A stretch of DNA of 64,000 nucleotides, from assembly GCA_950097015.1 (NCBI GenBank), contig CATNEN010000039.1, forward strand, positions 11,470,001-11,534,000, read 5' to 3'. This DNA is from Macrostomum hystrix. Its lineage: Eukaryota; Animalia; Platyhelminthes. Each line of letters opens with the position of its first letter. Position 1 is the stretch's first letter. Shown here one piece after another: positions 49,567 through 61,518 of the stretch. The position numbers and the translations under genes are program-made. The notes under the pieces were generated by a model. That model was not told the origin of the DNA, made no database searches, and was given only the letters and a program-made list of their open reading frames with translations.

Positions 49567-52500
49567 ATGCAGTTGAGGCACACAAAATATTCCTGTTTGG
49601 CTGCTTGGTCTCCAGCTTCATTTGTTTCCAGTCATTTTGTTAAAAATATCAAGCATAGATTACTGTTGGCCACTGCTAGTATTGTTGACAATGCAATTGC
49701 TTCAAATGATGGGTGAGTAAATTTAAAACTAGCTTCTATCTGCACTTGTGGCCTAGTAGTTAGTGTCAGACTGATGATTTGATGGTTGGGGTTCGATTCC
49801 CGACTCTACTGGAACAAATTTCATCCTTTAGGAAGACACTCGGTGTTGCTTCAGTTCACCCAGCTGTTAAAATGGGTACAAGCATTAGCTGGGTTAATTG
49901 GGGTGGGTGTGGCTTCCCTCCAGTGCATGGACGTTTATATTGTATTTTTATGTAAGAGCCAGCTAACCACCCTAGTTGCACCTGCCATTGCGCAGGCCGA
50001 AGTCCTTCATACAGCTTGTGTCCTGCAATTTGTCTGCTGATCGACCGAACACCGACCAGCTGTTGCCGATTGGTCGAAAATTATCAGCTCCAAGTGGTCA
50101 GGAAGTTAGCCAGCTGGCTTGGACTAGCAGCGGTGGCAGTAGCCGTGACGGCGGCCTAATAGTTTGTGGCTCAGCTGATGGCACAGTGGCATTGTGCCAG
50201 ATAAATGATTGGATCCAATTTGATAATGGCGATCTAGAGTATAATTCTAAGCCTCTCGAGTTGTTATGGCAACGCGGTGACAATTCCCGTATCGAATCCG
50301 GTGGTCCTATTGTCAGCTTGGATGCCAACAAGCTGCAGTCCGAGTTGCTAGGCAGTTCAGACGCGAGCGGATCAATATCAGTCTGGGATTCTAATAGAAT
50401 GGAGGTGAGTTTCCGGGACTAATAAGATGACGAGGCATCTCAATGTTTTCCCATTCTCCCACTCTTCTATCGCATATTAAACAGAGTGGACCAACTGTCT
50501 CCGCTGTGGCGGCTCCGCTCGACTGTCGGATTTCCTGGAATCCACAGACAGCCCACGTGTTCGCCGCGGTCGGCTCCGCGCCCGTCGGCGTCAACGGCGG
50601 CCTGACCATCTTCGACATTCGCCGATGCTCGGCTAGCAATAAAAATCACCTGGCGCCGCTGATGTGCCTGACGCCGGCGCATTGCGGGGCCGAACGGCTG
50701 ACCCTCATGGAGTGGCATCCGAGGTGAGTTTCCTCTCCAATCTTTACCGTGATTCTCCCAAGCGGATTCGAACTCAGGACCTTCCCTTACGTCACCTTGC
50801 AGCTTGGCAACCCAGCTTTGCCTGGCCTCCGGCGATGATGTCCGCTCCGTAGTGCAGCTGTGGGATCTGCGCTTTGCCGCTTCGCCTGTGTCGCAGTTTA
50901 ATCAGCATTCTGGCTCATCGCTACTGTCTATGGCATGGAATAGTTTCGACACCGGCTGCCTGCTGACCTCGGACAGCTCGGCCCGGCTGCTGTGCTGGGA
51001 TCCCAGGCCAACCAGCTGCAGCTTTGCCGCGGCACACTCTCCAGATTCCGAAAGTGTCGCCCAGCTAGCTAGGGCTAGACTCATCGGCCGTTGCTTCACC
51101 AATTTAGCCTGGTGCCCAGCTGAGCCCGCGTTATTTAGCGCGATAACAACCGACGGACAGGTCAGTCCAAGTGACGAACTGCTTGCTGCTCTTGCTTGGG
51201 GAATTATCGCTTTGTCTGTAGACTGTAGTTCTGTTCTGTAGACTGTAGTTCTGTTCTGTAGACTGTAGTTCTGTTCTGTAGACTGTAGTTCTGTTCTGTA
51301 GACTGTAGTTCTGTTCTGTAGACTGTAGTTCTGTTCTGTAGACTGTAGTTCTGTTCTGTAGACTGTAGTTCTGTTCTGTAGACTGTAGTTCTGTTCTGTA
51401 GACTGTAGTTCTGTTCTGTAGACTGTAGTTCTGTTCTGTAGACTGTAGTTCTGTTCTGTAGACTGTAGTTCTGTTCTGTAGACTGTAGTTCTGTTCTGTA
51501 GACTGTAGTTCTGTTCTGTAGACTGTAGTTCTGTTCTGTAGACTGTAGTTCTGTTCTGTAGACTGTAGTTCTGTTCTGTAGACTGTAGTTCTGTTCTGTA
51601 GACTGTAGTTCTGTTCTGTAGACTGTAGTTCTGTTCTGTAGACTGTAGTTCTGTTCTGTAGACTGTAGTTCTGTTCTGTAGACTGTAGTTCTGTCTGTAA
51701 ATTTTACTTAGATATGCACTCATACAAAGTCGACCGCCAGCATTGACATTTAGCATTTTAATTCTCATCATTGCATTGTAAATACCTATGTGCCATAAGA
51801 CTTGAGTAAATTATGAGCCTGTTCAGTTGATTATGAATTATTAATTAATTATTACTAGGCACAAAGGCTTTAGTGGCAACGTTGCTATTATCCTATTACA
51901 GTTTTTTTCTCATTGAAGATAAGCATTAATTAATTAGCATCACCTGAATTATGATTGATTGGCCTTTTATAAAGGCCATATATTGTGCAAGTGAAATATT
52001 TATTATTGAATCAATGTGCATTCGCTCAAACCCAAATGGAGTGCAAAGAATTAAGTGTATTTTTTTCTCCCTAAAATTTCAGCTACTTCAATCATTAGAA
52101 AAAGGATATGATTATATTTGTATAGGGAGAAATGCATAGATTTGTGACACTGAAATACTGTGCTAGTGTGGGGGGTGAGTTTGCAATCCCCAGCTTAAAA
52201 ACTTTAAGCCATAGACTAAACGCCCATAAGTAAACTTTTGCCCGCTAGACAACAAAATAAATGAGAAATATCACATTTACTAAAATGCATGCACTCGGGA
52301 CCTCTCTGCTCATTGTCTATGGTAAAAAACGGTGTCAAAGAGGCAAGCATTTGAATCCTTTGAGGGATTTCAAGCGCGCATTTAAACACTAGGAACTATA
52401 CCATACTACACCATACTACACTATATACAATTGATTTTCACCCTAAAGAAGAAACACAGAATTAAAAAAGTTTCTTGTCATTTGGTCATTTTTCTCAGTG

Positions 52501-55500
52501 ATTCCCATCATGGATTTGGTCTTTTTGGTCATTTCAATCACTAATCCTTCAGTTATTAAGCAGATTCCTGTCACTAATCCTTCAGTTATTAAGCAGATTC
52601 GTGTCACTAATCCTTCAGTTATTAAGCAGATTCCTATCACTAATCCTTCAGTTATTAAGCAGATTCCTGTTACTAATCCTTCAGTTATTAAGCAGATTCC
52701 TGTTACTAATCCTTCAGTTATTAAGCAGATTCCTGTTACTAATCCTTCAGTTATTAAGCAGATTCGTGTCACTAATCCTTCAGTTATTAAGCAGATTCCT
52801 ATCACTAATCCTTCAGTTATTAAGCAGATTCCTGTCACTAATCCTTCAGTTATTAAGCAGATTCCTGTTACTAATCCTTCAGTTATTAAGCAGATTCCTG
52901 TCACTAATCCTTCAGTTATTAAGCAGATTCCTGTTACTAATCCTTCAGTTATTAAGCAGATTCCTGCCACTAATCCTTCAGTTATTAAGCAGATTCCTGT
53001 CACTAATCCTTCAGTTATTAAGCAGATTCCTGTCACTAATCCTTCAATAGTTTCATAGGATTACGTCTCGTCCCGCCCACGATGCTTCAGTGTTGTACAT
53101 GTTCACCCCTTTGTGGTAACTTCAGCGGTTTGACAGTGTCCCCAATACTCAATTGTTGGAGAAGTGTCAGCTTGGCACAGCTGTGCCACATCTGTTAGCA
53201 ATTCTGCCCTCTGCCTTATCCCACAGGACCCACACTAGGGTGTGAAATTATAGTCAATGATAATCCTAAATGAAGTTTAGTAAACTGAAATCTCTTTGTG
53301 AACATTACCTTCTAAAATTGATATAGCTTTCTTTTACGTCTTGAAAAGTGAACTTTTATTTTCTGAAGTCAGAACATAAGGTCTTAAAATGGCTGCCTCT
53401 ATATGCCATTCACTGTACTTACTTTTGTTTAATAGGCTGAGAAGCAAGATTGTACTTTTTGTATCGCGCACTTAACTCTTTACTTTGGGTTAGAATTTTT
53501 TTCTTGTCTTTCTCTGTGTCTCCCAATCCCCAAAAGACCCTTGTCTCCTAGCTATATAGCTTTAGCTTAAAATACAATTGATTGAAATCTTTCATACCAT
53601 ACCGCATATAGTTTGCGAACTTTACATAAGTTAAGTCAGTGGGACATAAGCGGGGGTTGTTGGGTAAGCGTTATCAGGGTCTTCTAAGAATCATTGATAA
53701 AAATGAATCCATTTCTAAGAATTCTGGGTGGCGTGAATTGGGTTGATTATAAGGGGTTAGTTAAAAAAGAATCATTGTCTATGACAACTAGTTTCTAGGA
53801 ATCGCGAGAAAGGAGAGTCAGTTTCTAGGTAAAATGGATAATAGAAATGGATTTATAAGAATCATTTAAAATGTTAAACGTTAAATGTTAAATCATTAAT
53901 ACTGGTTGTCGATTTCTAGGAATCATAGATTATGAGAGTCGGTTTCTAAGAATCATTGACAATCACAGCTAGTTTCTAGGAATCATAGCTACTGAGAGTC
54001 AGTTTTTAAGAATAATTGACAATTGCAGCTAGTTTCTAGGAATCATAGGTAATGAGAGTCAGTTTCTAAGAATCATTGACAATCACAGCTAGTTTCTAGG
54101 AATCATAGGTAATGAGAGTCAGTTTCTAAGAATCATTGACAATCACAGCTAGTTTCTAGGAATCATAGCTAATGAGAGTCAGTTTCTAAGAATCATTGAC
54201 AATTACACCTAGTTTCTAGGAATCATAGGTAATGAGAGTCTGTTTCTAAGAATCATTGACAATTGCAGCTAGTTTTTAGGAATCATAGGTTATGAGAGTC
54301 GGTTTCTAAGAATCATTGACAATTGCAGCTAGTTTCTAGGAATCATATATTAAGAATCCGTTTCTAAGAATCATTGACAATTACAGCTAGTTTCTAGGAA
54401 TCATAGGTAATGAGAGTCAGTTTCTAAGAATCATTGACAATTACACCTAGTTTCTAGGAATCATAGGTAATGAGAGTCAGTTTCTAAGAATCATTGACAA
54501 TTACACCTAGTTTCTAGGAATCATAGGTAATGAGAGTCTGTTTCTAAGAATCATTGACAATTGCAGCTAGTTTCTAGGAATCATAGCTAATGAGAGTCAG
54601 TTTCTAAGAATCATTGACAATTGCAGCTAGTTTCTAGGAATCATATATTAAGAATCCGTTTCTAAGAATCATTGACAATTACAGCTAGTTTCTAGGAATC
54701 ATAGGTAATGAGAGTCAGTTTCTAAGAATCATTGACAATCACAGCTAGTTTCTAGGAATCATAGCTAATGAGAGTCAGTTTCTAAGAATCATTGACAATT
54801 ACACCTAGTTTCTAGGAATCATAGGTAATGAGAGTCTGTTTCTAAGAATCATTGACAATTGCAGCTAGTTTTTAGGAATCATAGGTTATGAGAGTCGGTT
54901 TCTAAGAATCATTGACAATTGCAGCTAGTTTCTAGGAATCATATATTAAGAATCCGTTTCTAAGAATCATTGACAATTACAGCTAGTTTCTAGGAATCAT
55001 AGGTAATGAGAGTCGGTTTCTAAGAATCATTGACAATTGCAGCTAGTTTCTAGGAATCATATATTTTGAGAATCCGTTTCTAAGAATCATTGATATTTGT
55101 AGCGAGCTAAGGAATGAGTTTATGAATTGAAGAAATTAAGTAATAGTTTATAAGAATCACTGGTTACTCAGTTTATAATTTTTCTCATTCTAATCGCAGG
55201 TGCATTCTAGCACTCTGTGGAAGACCAAGTTGCTATAAACTTAAAGGCTATTAAAATACGAACTGATTATAATTTTTGCGCAACATGCTTTAAATTTAAT
55301 TATTGCCAACAACGTGCGTCAAATAACTCCGTAAAGTAATTTTTTGCAAAATCTGCAGCTCGGCATTTTTAACATCCTTGGCGGCGGTTGCGGCTTCGAT
55401 AATGACGACAATGACGGCTTTAGTAATCACAATGAACCAACCGGTCTAGAATTTGAAAGCCAGGACACAGCCAGCTTAGAAACTTGGCATCAAAAGCGCC

Positions 55501-58500
55501 GACTGCGCACCCTGTCGAAAGTGTCGATGCAGCAACCGGCCGATGATCCATTCGCCGAGGTTCACCAGCCTTCTGGCCCAATTCGGGTTTGGTACAATGC
55601 CAATCGGGCATTCAACTGGCTAGCTGGAGCTGGCTGCGGTGTTAGATTCGGATTTGGCGGTCGTCTGGTCAATTTCAGCAGCGACAGGCGGGTGTTCATC
55701 GGCCAGATGGACAGTCAGACTGTGGCAGCGGTGGATGAACTGCCAGCTATGGTTGCCAGGCGGGCTAGAGAGTTTGAAAATGCCCTAGCAGAAGGTGGTG
55801 ACGACCTTGGAGGCTATTGCGGGTGAGCCACGTCTTTGATTATGTTATTGTTATTTATTTTGCTCTGCAACTCGCCTCATGCGTCATCTCTACCTCTGTG
55901 TAGTCCGTCTCCCTGACCTTCAGGTCCGCCTTCCTGTCCTTCAGCACCGCCTCCCTGTCCTTCAGGTTCGCCTCCCTCAGTCCTTCAGGTTCGCCTTCCT
56001 TAAACTTCGCATTCGCATTCGCATTCGCAGGTCCCGTGCTTCAGAATCGGGCATTCCAGACAGTGAAATTCAAATTTGGCGCTTTCTCGAAGCGAATTTC
56101 AACTCCAATCCGAGTTTAGACTTTATTAAACTGCTCGGCTATGGCCAAGACAACGGCGATGATGCGCCTGATAGCGACCGGCTGATTGCCGCTCTTGTGT
56201 CGGGCCGTTTAGATGCTGCCATCGAGCAGTTCCTCGCCGAGGGCCGTCTGCTGGAAGCCCTCCTATTAGCGGGCAGCTGTATTGATGATTCCAGCTCAAA
56301 TCGGATATACAGTGGGACTCGAACTCGCGTCCTAGACCAACTCAGACTGGACACTGGCAGCTCGACCTCGGAGATTAGTCGGCTCGTTGAAGCGATCGTC
56401 ATTCGAGACATCTCCGGCTACGTCAACAGCAACAGCAACAACAACGAGAACAGCGTCGCAGTGGACGATGGTCTTCGCTGGCGACGCCAACTAGCGTTTG
56501 TCCTGGCCTACTCGGACGTGGAGAGTTTGCCCGCCTTCGCCGAGTTCATCGGGCGTCGTCTGGAACGCGTAGGCAGCTCAGCAGCCTCGGCCGCGGCTGC
56601 GATCTGTTACGCCTGCTCCGGCTCCTGGCGTCGGCTTGCTGTCTGTCTAGCAGCAGAAGCTAGCGGCAGTTCGATAACCGCCCTGCAGCTAGCCGTGCAG
56701 GCTGGCGAAGTGCTTCAACGAGCTGTCGGCGGTCTACTAGACGATGATTGCGCAAATGTTGACGATGCAATTACCGACGCTGCTGTTGAGCTGTACGCCG
56801 GCGCTTTGGCCAATTGGGGCCAGCTTCTACCAGCCCTGAACTGCTGCATTCGCCGACTCAGACCGTCTAGACGTCCAGACGGCTTCGACTACTTTGGCGA
56901 TAGTCGCCTAGCCGTGCTGGCCTACAGGCTGTGGCGAGCCCTCGGACATGACGGCCCAGCTAGCATCGGGGTCTGGATGGCCGATCCATTCGCCGAGCGG
57001 ACCGCGGCCACTGCTGATTTAATGGTGAATCTTTATTCTATAGTCTTTGTTGCTTGTGTCCACTGTATATTGTGCATTTAGGATGCAAACCTTTCTTGAA
57101 TAAATTTCAGAACTCGGCAGCCAGGAAGAGAAGAGAAGAACAGAACATTGCTTCAGCCTACCCTGTGCCTCCACAATCTGCCGCAGCCTATCCTGTGCCG
57201 CCTCCACAATCTGCCGCAGCCTATCCAGTGCCGCCTCCACAATCTGCCGCAGCCTATCCTGTGCCGCCTCCACAATCTGCCGCAGCCTATCCAGTGCCGC
57301 CTCCACAATCTGCCGCAGCCTATCCTGTGCCGCCTCCACAATCTGCCGCAGCCTACCCTGTTAAACCACAATCTGCCGCAGCCTATCCTGTGCCGCCTCC
57401 ACAATCTGCCGCAGCCTATCCAGTGCCGCCTCCACAATCTGCCGCAGCCTATCCAGTGCCGCCTCCACAATCTGCCGCAGCCTATCCTGTGCCGCCTCCA
57501 CAATCTGCCGCAGCCTATTCTGTGCCCCCACCACAATCTGCCGCAGCCTACCCTGTGCCGCCACCACAATCTGCCGCAGCCTACCCTGTGCCGCCACCAC
57601 AATCTGCCGCAGCCTATCCTGTGCCGCCTCCACAATCTGCCGCAGCCTATCCTGTGCCGCCTCCACAATCTGCCGCAGCCTATTCTGTGCCCCCACCACA
57701 ATCTGCCGCAGCCTATCCTGTGCCGCCACCACAATCTGCCGCAGCCTACCCTGTGCCGCCACCACAATCTGCCGCAGCCTATCCTGTGCCGCCACCACAA
57801 TCTGCCGCAGCCTACCCTGTGCCGCCACCACAATCTGCCGCAGCCTATCCTGTGCCGCCTCCACAATCTGCCGCAGCCTATCCTGTGCCGCCTCCACAAT
57901 CTGCCGCACCTTATCCTGTGCCGCCTCCACAATCTGCCGCAGCTTATCCTGTGCCGCCTCCACAATCTGCCGCAGCCTATTCTGTGCCCCCACCACAATC
58001 TGCCGCAGCCTACCCTGTGCCGCCACCACAATCTGCCGCAGCCTACCCTGTGCCGCCACCACAATCTGCCGCAGCCTATCCTGTGCCGCCTCCACAATCT
58101 GCCGCAGCCTATCCTGTGCCGCCTCCACAATCTGCCGCACCTTATCCTGTGCCGCCTCCACAATCTGCCGCAGCTTATCCTGTGCCGCCTCCACAATCTG
58201 CCGCAGCCTATCCTGTTCCACCACAATCTGCCTCAGCCTACCCAGTGCTGCCACCACAATCTGCCACTGCACTCTATGAACGCCCATGCTTGCAAAAAAC
58301 TGCGGTATTTAGTCCGTCATTGCCTGGTCAGTTGGCGGTTGCTGCAAGTGCAACAACAGGATCATTCTACAATCCACTCGCTCCCCTGCCAGTGGCAGCC
58401 TCGGCCCACTCCTTCCCCAGTGTGCCTTCAAAGCCGCCGCCGATACTGCGGACGCCTGTGCCCGCCGAGGAACTGTCGCTTTTTCGAGGCGGCAACAAGA

Positions 58501-59360
58501 TCAAATCTGTAATTTATTTGTTTTACTACACTTATGAAAGGTTTCAGACCATTTTTAAACTAGAGGTCTGAAGTTCGAATCCTCATCCTCAGAATAGGCT
58601 AAAATTGAATCTTCAGCAGGCGGAAGACGTGCCTCAACAATTCTACAATCCGAGCGCCTGGTCCGCTTCAATAGCTTCTTCGTCTTCAAATCCTCCTCCG
58701 CCATCGCAATCATCACCGTCAGCGTCAACGATTGGTCGAAGCCAGTCGAATCTAATATCGAACGCTAGCCCAGCCAATCGGGTGGCCGCTGATTTGGCCG
58801 ATCGATTTTCCAAAGCGCTGACCAGCTTGGCCAGAGATTGCCGCGGTCGAGCACAGCAGCTGCTGACTGACTCGTCCAACAGTGCCAACGCTGTTAAATT
58901 GCGTCACATTGTCGTCAAGATGAACGACGCAGAAAAAAAATCTGCTGCTCTCGCCCAACTACTCGGGTCGAGTTCGGTGAGCAAAAAATATTTCGCCTGT
59001 CTCGGACAGACTACTGGCCAGTAGGATGGTTGGAGAGAATATAGAATATAAAAATGCACTCCACGCTTAAGGTCACGAAATCTAATTGGCTGCCGGCTTC
59101 TCTGAGAGGGGGTTTTCCAGTGTGCTAAAAATAAAATTTTATTTCGTTTTTAGTCGCTTTTGTTTTTCTATGATCAGATCTCTTCGCCGGTGCTGGAGGG
59201 CCTGGGTTCGATTCTTGTCAGTCTGGAGCGCGGCAGTCTGACGGAAGCGTTGGCTAACCTGAATTCGGCTGTCCAATCCGGCGGCTTGGAAGAGTTGCGC
59301 AGCCATCTGCCCGGCCTGAAGCTGCTCATCCAGGCGGCTGTTGAGCTGCGCCAGTTTTAG
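49567..59360 (+). CDS. SEC31: COPII outer-coat protein Sec31 (WD40 + ACE1 + Pro-rich region + C-terminal helical domain); 9 exons
   Basis: Exons 49567-49712, 49996-50404, 50485-50723, 50803-51160, 55359-55822, 56031-57024, 57111-58508, 58617 (or 58620)-58976, 59178-59360. Motifs AAWSP, WHP..ATQLCLASGDD..VQLWDLRFAASP, RFGFGGRLVNF, IWRFLEANF, AICYACSG and C-terminal LPGLKLLIQ. Confidence 0.88.
49748..49895 (+). mobile_element. SINE family B copy in Sec31 intron 1
   Basis: A-box TGGCCTAGTAG, B-box GGTTCGATTCC, then TGCTTCAGTTCACCCAGCTGTTAAAATGGGTAC. Confidence 0.7.
51216..51696 (+). repeat. Homogeneous 20-bp array (GACTGTAGTTCTGTTCTGTA)n
   Basis: Sec31 intron 4. Confidence 0.97.
52537..53046 (+). 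repeat. 33-bp array (ACTAATCCTTCAGTTATTAAGCAGATTCCTGTC)n
   Basis: Sec31 intron 4. Confidence 0.97.
53900..55095 (+). repeat. ~60-bp (2 x 30) array with TTTCTAAGAATCAT / TTTCTAGGAATCAT subunits
   Basis: Sec31 intron 4; a variant unit recurs every 298 bp. Confidence 0.95.
57150..58265 (+). repeat. 33-bp coding repeat (YPVPPPQSAAA, about 33 copies) forming the Sec31 proline-rich region
   Basis: In frame within exon 57111-58508. Confidence 0.92.
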
Positions 59361-59519
59361 CTCAATTTCTGGCTAACCTAACTGGATTCTAACTTTATGC
59401 TCAGCGTTTGTGCTTGTGATTTTCAACTTCTGTTATTGATCAAGTTTTTCATTTTCAGTTTTACAATCTGACTTTACAACACAAATCTGACTTTACTAAC
59501 GTAGTTCTTAAAATGGTAA

Positions 59520-60261
59520 ATGTACATCCACCCCAATTTAATCATTCTAGGAATGTACATCCACCCCAATCTAATAATTCTAGGATTGTACATCAACCCT
59601 AATCAATGTACATCCACCCCAATACAATCATTCTAGGAATCTACATCCACCCCAATTTAATCATTCTAGGAATGTACATCAACCCCAATTTAATCATTCT
59701 AGGAATGTACATCCACCACAATCTAATCATTCTAGGAATGTACATCCACCCCAATCAGATTATTCTAGGAATGTACATCCACCTTAATCTAATCATTCTA
59801 GGAATGTACATCCACCCCAATCTAATCATTCTAGGAATGTACATCCATCCCAATCTAATCATTCTAGGAATATACATCCATCCCAATCTAATCATTCTAG
59901 GAATGTACATCCACCCCAATTTAATCATTCTAGGAATGTACATCCACCCCAATCTAATAATTCTAGGAATGTACATCAACCCTAATCTAATCATTCTAGG
60001 AATGTACATCCACCCCAATACAATCATTCTAGGAATGTACATCCACCCCAATCTAATCATTCTAGGAATGTACATCCACCCCAATCTAATAATTCTAGGA
60101 ATGTACATCCACCCCAATCTAATAATTCTAGGAATGTACATCAACCCTAATCTAATCATTCTAGGAATGTACATCCACCCCAATCTAATCATTCTAGGAA
60201 TGTACATCCATCCCAATCTAATCATTCTAGGAATGTACATCCACCCCAATTTAATCATTCT
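59520..60261 (+). repeat. 33-bp array (CTAGGAATGTACATCCACCCCAATCTAATCATT)n
   Basis: Between SEC31 and PI4KB. Confidence 0.97.
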
Positions 60262-60719
60262 AAATATATTTCAAGACTACTTTTTCATCTGTATTATTAA
60301 TTTAGCTGATTAAAACTTTCTTCTTTTTATATTTTAAAGTCTTTTTTGCTCAATTACTTTGCAGAATATTTTTGTCTGCTTTACAAAGCAGTTTTTATTT
60401 TTTGCTTCAGTACTTTTCAGATTTTTTTAAAGGTCTACCATTGCTCAGTGATAATTATCTGTCTGATTTAATTCGATCAATTTTTTACAAAATGCTTTCG
60501 TTAATTTTTTATATTGATTTTAACTATTTAAACGATTTTTTGCAATATTTGTTATCTTTTTTACAATAATTTGGTGCAAGCGTTTAAACTAACGACAAGT
60601 TTTTTACATAGTTTTGACATACCGTTAAACTCTTCGACTCTTCAATCAGTCCTTTTATTTAGAACAAATTTTAATCTAGCTGCAGCAGCTGATTTCTATG
60701 TCCACTGACTAACAACAAC

Positions 60720-61420
60720 AATCCACAATGTCCACTCTCCCACAATATACAAACCACAATGTCCACTCTCTCCCACAAAGAAAAATCCACAATGTCCACT
60801 CTCTCCCACAATAAAAAATCCACAATGTCCACTCTCTCCCACAATGAAAAATCCACAATGTCCACTCTCTCCCACAATGAAAAATCCACAATGTCCACTC
60901 TCTCCCACAATGAAAAATCCACAATGTCCACTCTTTCCCACAATAAAAAATCCACAATGTCCACTCTCTCCCACAATAAAAAGTCCACAATGTCCACTCT
61001 CCCACAAAAAAAATCCACAATGTCCACTCTCTCCCACAATAAAAAATCCACAATGTCCACTCTCTCCCACAATAAAAAATCCACAATGTCCGCTCTCTCC
61101 CAAAATAAAAAATCCACAATGTCCACTCTCTCCCACAATAAAAAATCCACAATGTCCACTCTCTCCCACCAGAAAGAATCCACAATGTCCGCTCTCTCAC
61201 ACCAGAAACAATCCACAATGTCCGCTCCCTCACACCAGAAACAATCCACAATGTCCGCTCTCTCACACCAGAAACAATCCACAATGTCCACTCTCTCACA
61301 CCAGAAACAATCCACAATGTCCACTCTCTCACACCAGAAACAATCCACAATGTCCACTCTCTCACACCAGAAGCAAGTTACAATGTCCAGTCTCCCACCA
61401 TAAACAATCCACAATGTCCA
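60720..61420 (+). repeat. 33-bp array (TCCACAATGTCCACTCTCTCCCACAATAAAAAA)n
   Basis: Immediately upstream of the PI4KB acceptor site. Confidence 0.95.
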
Positions 61421-61518
61421 CACGCAGCAAATTTATTTTTAAATCTAAATTTTTTCCAGGCTTCGTAGGAGGTCGGTTGGAGGGCAGCGGAGTGAAAAGA
61501 AAAGAACAGAACAAACCC

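Noticed and set aside
52443-53058. TNPSVIKQIPV repeat as a possible Sec31 cassette exon
   Set aside because: The flanking Sec31 exons (ending 51160, starting 55359) join in phase without it, and it has no good donor before the stop.
59606-61423. MYIHPNLIILG and KNPQCPLSPT repeat ORFs, the latter fused to PI4KB in the ORF track
   Set aside because: Both are 33-bp arrays. PI4KB homology starts after the acceptor at 61459, with ATG at 61519.
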